This document shows positions 17,014-20,626 of a stretch of 20,626 bases of DNA, piece after piece. The stretch spans positions 47,529 through 68,154 of the forward strand of contig JAYPJE010000001.1 in NCBI GenBank assembly GCA_038128265.1. The letters are read 5' to 3'. The position numbers were made by a program, and so were the translations under genes. Every line of letters starts with the position of its first letter. The stretch's first letter is position 1. The notes under the pieces were generated by a model, which did no database searches, was not told the origin of the DNA, and saw only the letters and a program-made list of their open reading frames with translations. The DNA is from Gemmatimonadota bacterium. Its GTDB lineage: Bacteria; Latescibacterota; UBA2968; UBA8231.

Positions 17014-20000
17014 CTATTTCTGTGCTACGCTCGTTTCGCGGCTGTGCGCGACGAGGCCGTTGGCATCCAGTATCAGGCCAATGCAGCCATCGCCGAGAAT
17101 AGCACACCCCGCTAAACAGGGATCTTGGCGCAGTTCTTCGTCGAGTCCCTTAATGACAACCTGCTGCAGCCCGATCAGTTCGTCGACCAGCAGGCATGTG
17201 CGCTCGCCATCCGCTTCGATGAGCATGACCAAACCCTCCCAGGGGTCGGTGTAGCGCGGCGCAACGTCAAAGCGCTCGTGTAGGCGCAACAAGGGATAGA
17301 GTTCGCTCTGCACGTTGACCATTTCTCCCTTGTTCATGACGGTGCAAATTTGCTCGGGGCTCGGGCGTAAGGAAGAGATGATGGAGGTCAGCGGCAATAT
17401 GTAGCGTTCCGCGCCCACGCCGATGACCATACCGTCGATGATGGCCAGCGTCAACGGGAGCCTAATGGTAAAGGTCGAACCCTTACCGGGCTTTGATTGG
17501 ACCTCCACTTTGCCGCGCAGCTTTTCAATATTGCGTCGCACGACGTCCATGCCAACGCCGCGTCCAGAAACGTCGGATATTTGTTCGGCCGTAGATAAGC
17601 CGGGGTGGAAGACGAGGTCGTAGATTTCTTCGTCGCTCAGCTCCTCGTCCGCCTGCACCAGGCCGCGCTCGACGGCTTTTTGCAGCACGCGGTCGCGGTT
17701 GATGCCGTTGCCGTCATCGCGCAGTTCAATAACGAAGTTGCCGCCTTTGTGACAGGCGTGCAGCGAGACGTGCCCCTTTTCGCTCTTGCCCGCAGCAAGG
17801 CGCTTGTCGCTGGACTCTACGCCGTGATCGACGGCGTTGCGCACCATATGCGTCAGGGGGTCGAGAATTTCTTCGACGACGTTTTTGTCCAGTTCGGTAT
17901 CTTCGCCCGACATGGAGAATTCGACCTGTTTATCGCATTTGCGAGCTAGGTCGCGCACCATGCGGGCCATGCGCTCAAAAGTGGCGCGAATGGGCACCAT
18001 GCGCATGGACATGGCGATCTCCTGCAGGTCGGTGGAGATCTTCATCAACTGAGAGATGTCTTTAGCTAGCTTTTGGTTTTCGGTATAAACCACATCGGGG
18101 TTTTCGTTGACCTGGGTCTGTGCGATCACTAGCTCGCCGACGATATTAATCAGCGAATCGAGCTTTTCCGTGCCCACGCGCACGTGCAAGTCGCGCTGCC
18201 TATTGGTATTTCCAGGCTGCGGAGCGTCTCCCCCAGCCGGCGCGCTAGGCGCGGCTTCCCCAGCGGGTGCGGGCGCAGATGCAGGCTCTGCGGGCACCTC
18301 CTTGTTGGCGACGACGAGCCGGATCTTCTCAACGAATTTCGATACGTCGCGCGGTATAACGGTGCCCGATTCCAGCTGGTGCTCGACGTTCTGCAAGAGC
18401 TCCTTGAGCAGGTCGATCGATTCGAGCACGACATCTATGATCGCTTGGTTGAGGACCAGCTGCTTTTTGCGCGCCGAGTCGAGCACGTCCTCTACAGAGT
18501 GGGAGAGGTGCGTAACGTCGGTGAGATTTAGGAAGCCGGCTGCACCTTTGATTGTGTGGAAAGCACGGAAGATCGTGTTGAGTAGTTCGTCGTCTTCCGG
18601 ATGGTCTTCCAGGGAAAGCAGGGCGTTCTCTGCGTTGTGCAGGTGTTCGTCTGCTTCAGACGAGAAATCGGCAAAGATATCTTCGTCGACTTCGATAGAT
18701 ACGAGTTCTGCGGGCGCTTCGGACACTTCGTCGATTTCGTCGTCGAGAAATGCATCCTCGGCGCCACTCATGGACGCGTCGTCGGCTGCGATGAGCTGTG
18801 CTTCTGGGCTCAGGTCCGGTGCCGAGCCGTCTGCAGGCTCCTGGCCCGACGTATCGTCCACTCCGCCCATAGCGAGGATTTGCTCAAATAGGAGGGTGTC
18901 CTCGACGGCTTCCTCACCGCGCTCTTCAAAGCTGGTGCGCAGGGCGCGCAGGGCGCCGCACCCGTGTGTCAGCAGGTCCATCGCTTCGTCGACGTCGCAT
19001 TCATCGAGAATGATGTCCTCCAGAATCTTTCCCATGGCCGTTGCCAGCAGCGCGGTGCGCGGCGTTTCGCCGGCCAAGCGAGCGGCTGTCTCTTCTAACC
19101 GACCGCTGAGAAGGCCGAGCGTGCTGAGGTCGTTTATGTTGAGCGCGTGAAAGTCCTGCTCGATGCCGTCAATTTCTCTCAGCATGGGACTGTCTGCCGC
19201 GTGCTCGTGTTCTGCGCCCGCGTCTTCGGCTTCGCTGCCCGCGTCCACATCGACGTCGTTGCCTTCAGCGGAGGCGTTGTCTCCTGCGCTCGTCTGACCG
19301 ATGAGTTCGTCGAGGGCGCGCAGGCGCTCCATGAAAGAGGCGGTGTGCGGCTTGGCAATGGACTGGCCCTGCATCGCCGCGCTCGTCGACTCGATGAGTA
19401 CGCGCAGTAGGTCTATCGACTCGATGCCGACCTCGCATATTGAAGACTGCATTGCGACCTGTCCCGAGCGGACGACGTCCAAGATGCTTTCAACGCCGTG
19501 GGCCAGCTCGATTACATCCGTCAAGTTGGCATAGCCGGCAGCGCCTTTAAGCGTGTGGTATGCGCGAAAGAGGGGGTCGAGCTGCGAGGTGTCGTCGGGT
19601 TCGGTCTCGAGCGAGAGCCATATGCCCTCTGCGGCGTCTATGTGCTCTGCGGCTTCTTCCGTGAAGCAGTCGAATGCATATTGGTCAATGCCGCGGACAT
19701 CTATTCGCTCTTCTTCGTCGGAAGCTGCTGCGGGCGCCGAGTCGGCGTGTTCATCCTGCGGTCCGTATGCGGCAATGCGGTCGTATAGCTGTGGATCGTC
19801 CACCTGCGTAGAGCCGCGTTCATTGGCCGCATAGAGCCGCTGTAGTAGGGAGATGCCTTCGGCTAGGAGGTCGAGGGCGTCGGGCGAATCGCCGATTTGC
19901 TCGGCTACGACCTGCAGGCCGAGAGCCAAGCGCGCGCTCTGCGGGTGTTTATCCAGCAGGGGAACTAGGTTGGCAATGCCCTTGCCGAGTGCCTGAGAGC

Positions 20001-20073
20001 TGCTTTGGGGATCGGCATCGGCAATCATGACGACGCCGGCTAGTTGTTCAATGGCAATCTGTGTGCTGTCCAT
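17014..20073 (-). CDS. cheA: Chemotaxis histidine kinase CheA with two Hpt domains and no recognisable P2
   Basis: Hpt motifs FRAYHTLKGAAG and FRAFHTIKGAAG; P3 KLDSLINIVGELVI; P4 HMVRNAVDHG, DDGNG, SGRGVGMDVV; P5 CheW-like domain. Start ATG 20073 chosen because the sigma54 promoter lies inside the longer ORF's 5' extension. Confidence 0.95.
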   Translation of the reverse strand: MDSTQIAIEQLAGVVMIADADPQSSSQALGKGIANLVPLLDKHPQSARLALGLQVVAEQIGDSPDALDLLAEGISLLQRLYAANERGSTQVDDPQLYDRIAAYGPQDEHADSAPAAASDEEERIDVRGIDQYAFDCFTEEAAEHIDAAEGIWLSLETEPDDTSQLDPLFRAYHTLKGAAGYANLTDVIELAHGVESILDVVRSGQVAMQSSICEVGIESIDLLRVLIESTSAAMQGQSIAKPHTASFMERLRALDELIGQTSAGDNASAEGNDVDVDAGSEAEDAGAEHEHAADSPMLREIDGIEQDFHALNINDLSTLGLLSGRLEETAARLAGETPRTALLATAMGKILEDIILDECDVDEAMDLLTHGCGALRALRTSFEERGEEAVEDTLLFEQILAMGGVDDTSGQEPADGSAPDLSPEAQLIAADDASMSGAEDAFLDDEIDEVSEAPAELVSIEVDEDIFADFSSEADEHLHNAENALLSLEDHPEDDELLNTIFRAFHTIKGAAGFLNLTDVTHLSHSVEDVLDSARKKQLVLNQAIIDVVLESIDLLKELLQNVEHQLESGTVIPRDVSKFVEKIRLVVANKEVPAEPASAPAPAGEAAPSAPAGGDAPQPGNTNRQRDLHVRVGTEKLDSLINIVGELVIAQTQVNENPDVVYTENQKLAKDISQLMKISTDLQEIAMSMRMVPIRATFERMARMVRDLARKCDKQVEFSMSGEDTELDKNVVEEILDPLTHMVRNAVDHGVESSDKRLAAGKSEKGHVSLHACHKGGNFVIELRDDGNGINRDRVLQKAVERGLVQADEELSDEEIYDLVFHPGLSTAEQISDVSGRGVGMDVVRRNIEKLRGKVEVQSKPGKGSTFTIRLPLTLAIIDGMVIGVGAERYILPLTSIISSLRPSPEQICTVMNKGEMVNVQSELYPLLRLHERFDVAPRYTDPWEGLVMLIEADGERTCLLVDELIGLQQVVIKGLDEELRQDPCLAGCAILGDGCIGLILDANGLVAHSRETSVAQK

Positions 20074-20141
20074 AGCGAACGAGTCTCGTTGGTGTAGCGC
20101 AGTAAAAAATGCGTTGACAATGGCCAAAAGAGAGAGACCAA

Positions 20142-20157
20142 TGCAAGTTATATGCCA
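20142..20157 (-). promoter_or_regulatory. sigma54 (RpoN) -24/-12 promoter upstream of cheA
   Basis: Minus strand TGGCAT-ATAAC-TTGCA, exact GG-N10-GC spacing, about 70 nt upstream of the cheA ATG. Confidence 0.75.
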
Positions 20158-20196
20158 GTCTTTTGGGATGCATGGCATGAATTATAAAACAATGTT

Positions 20197-20209
20197 TATA
20201 AATAACTTA
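20197..20209. promoter_or_regulatory. Candidate IHF-binding site
   Basis: TATAAA-TAAC-TTA, one mismatch to WATCAA-N4-TTR, in an AT-rich tract 40-52 nt upstream of the -24 box; overlaps the palindrome TTATAAA-N6-TTTATAA (20182-20201). Confidence 0.45.
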
Positions 20210-20291
20210 TGTATATTGCTGGAAAGCGTTCGTGCGCGCGGGACGGTGAAATGGCGATCTCTGCGGCGGCAAAGGGCGGCACTTTTTACAT

Positions 20292-20314
20292 GCGCCGTGG
20301 GATTCCAACGGCGC
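20292..20314. other. Inverted repeat (terminator of the upstream gene or an enhancer site)
   Basis: GCGCCGT-N9-ACGGCGC with perfect 7-bp arms, just downstream of the stop at 20337; no U-tract. Confidence 0.35.
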
Positions 20315-20336
20315 TATAGGGCAAGCTATGGGGGGG

Positions 20337-20624
20337 TTACGACGCCTGCGGACGCTGTGGGTTGACAGCTTCGACAATCCGCTGACTGCTCTTGTCGAGG
20401 GCGCTCATGATCTCGGGCATGGCCGCCAGCAGTTCGGCGATGGCGACTTCCCGCTCGAGATGTTTGCGCAGGGCAGGTTCCGTCTGCAGCCACAGGCGCT
20501 GAAAGCGATCTAAGTCGTTGCGCAGCGCGGCGGTGGGGCTGCGCCACGGGTGGTGCAAACCCCCCTGGGTTTTGGTGGGGGGGTGTTTCGGGGCGATGTG
20601 GGAGCCGCGGTGGGGGGGCGGCAC
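20337..20624 (-). CDS. Partial CDS (C-terminal end of a helical protein running off the window; possibly PilJ/NarX-like sensor bundle)
   Basis: The last ~60 aa (LRNDLDRFQRLWLQTEPALRKHL...LLAAMPEIMSALDKSSQRIVEAV) read as amphipathic helices; the 5' ~100 nt are G-run rich on the plus strand and look unreliable. Confidence 0.5.
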   Translation of the reverse strand: MPPPHRGSHIAPKHPPTKTQGGLHHPWRSPTAALRNDLDRFQRLWLQTEPALRKHLEREVAIAELLAAMPEIMSALDKSSQRIVEAVNPQRPQAS

Positions 20625-20626
20625 GG

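Noticed and set aside
18107..19150. 347-aa plus-strand ORF
   Set aside because: Antisense shadow of cheA; Ser-rich translation expected from the reverse complement of an acidic, GC-rich gene.
20074..20178. 35-aa hydrophobic N-terminal extension of CheA as a membrane anchor
   Set aside because: It spans the sigma54 promoter and predicted 5' UTR; ATG 20073 coincides with the start of the repeated unit.
20530..20626. G-run-rich terminal stretch as a G-quadruplex or repeat
   Set aside because: It sits at the extreme end and turns protein-like sequence into Pro/His-rich noise; more likely low-quality contig-end bases.

Overview
GC-rich bacterial window (the right end looks like a low-quality contig end), with almost all genes on the minus strand. 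Left half: a translationally coupled catabolic-looking operon (PHP/DUF3604-like metallohydrolase, PhyH-family dioxygenase, mandelate-racemase-like enolase), a 6TM voltage-gated K+ channel divergent from a TIM-barrel sugar-phosphate isomerase/epimerase, and a mixed run of rsmD, a second enolase-superfamily enzyme, eukaryotic-type hisA, a GNAT, a second PhyH and an RluA-family pseudouridine synthase. Right half: a chemosensory cluster cheA-cheW-[~395 bp non-coding]-cheR-cheD-cheY-cheX-cheB behind a near-consensus sigma54 promoter, followed by a single-domain response regulator tightly linked to a FapA/DUF342-like protein. Most notable: CheA carries a tandemly duplicated N-terminal unit (His-less helical bundle plus Hpt, twice; the two His codons are 999 nt apart) and no P2; the cluster has no internal chemoreceptor; both enolase-superfamily enzymes have non-canonical catalytic residues. 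No rRNA, tRNA, CRISPR or mobile element was recognised. All family calls come from motif recognition by eye, not database searches.
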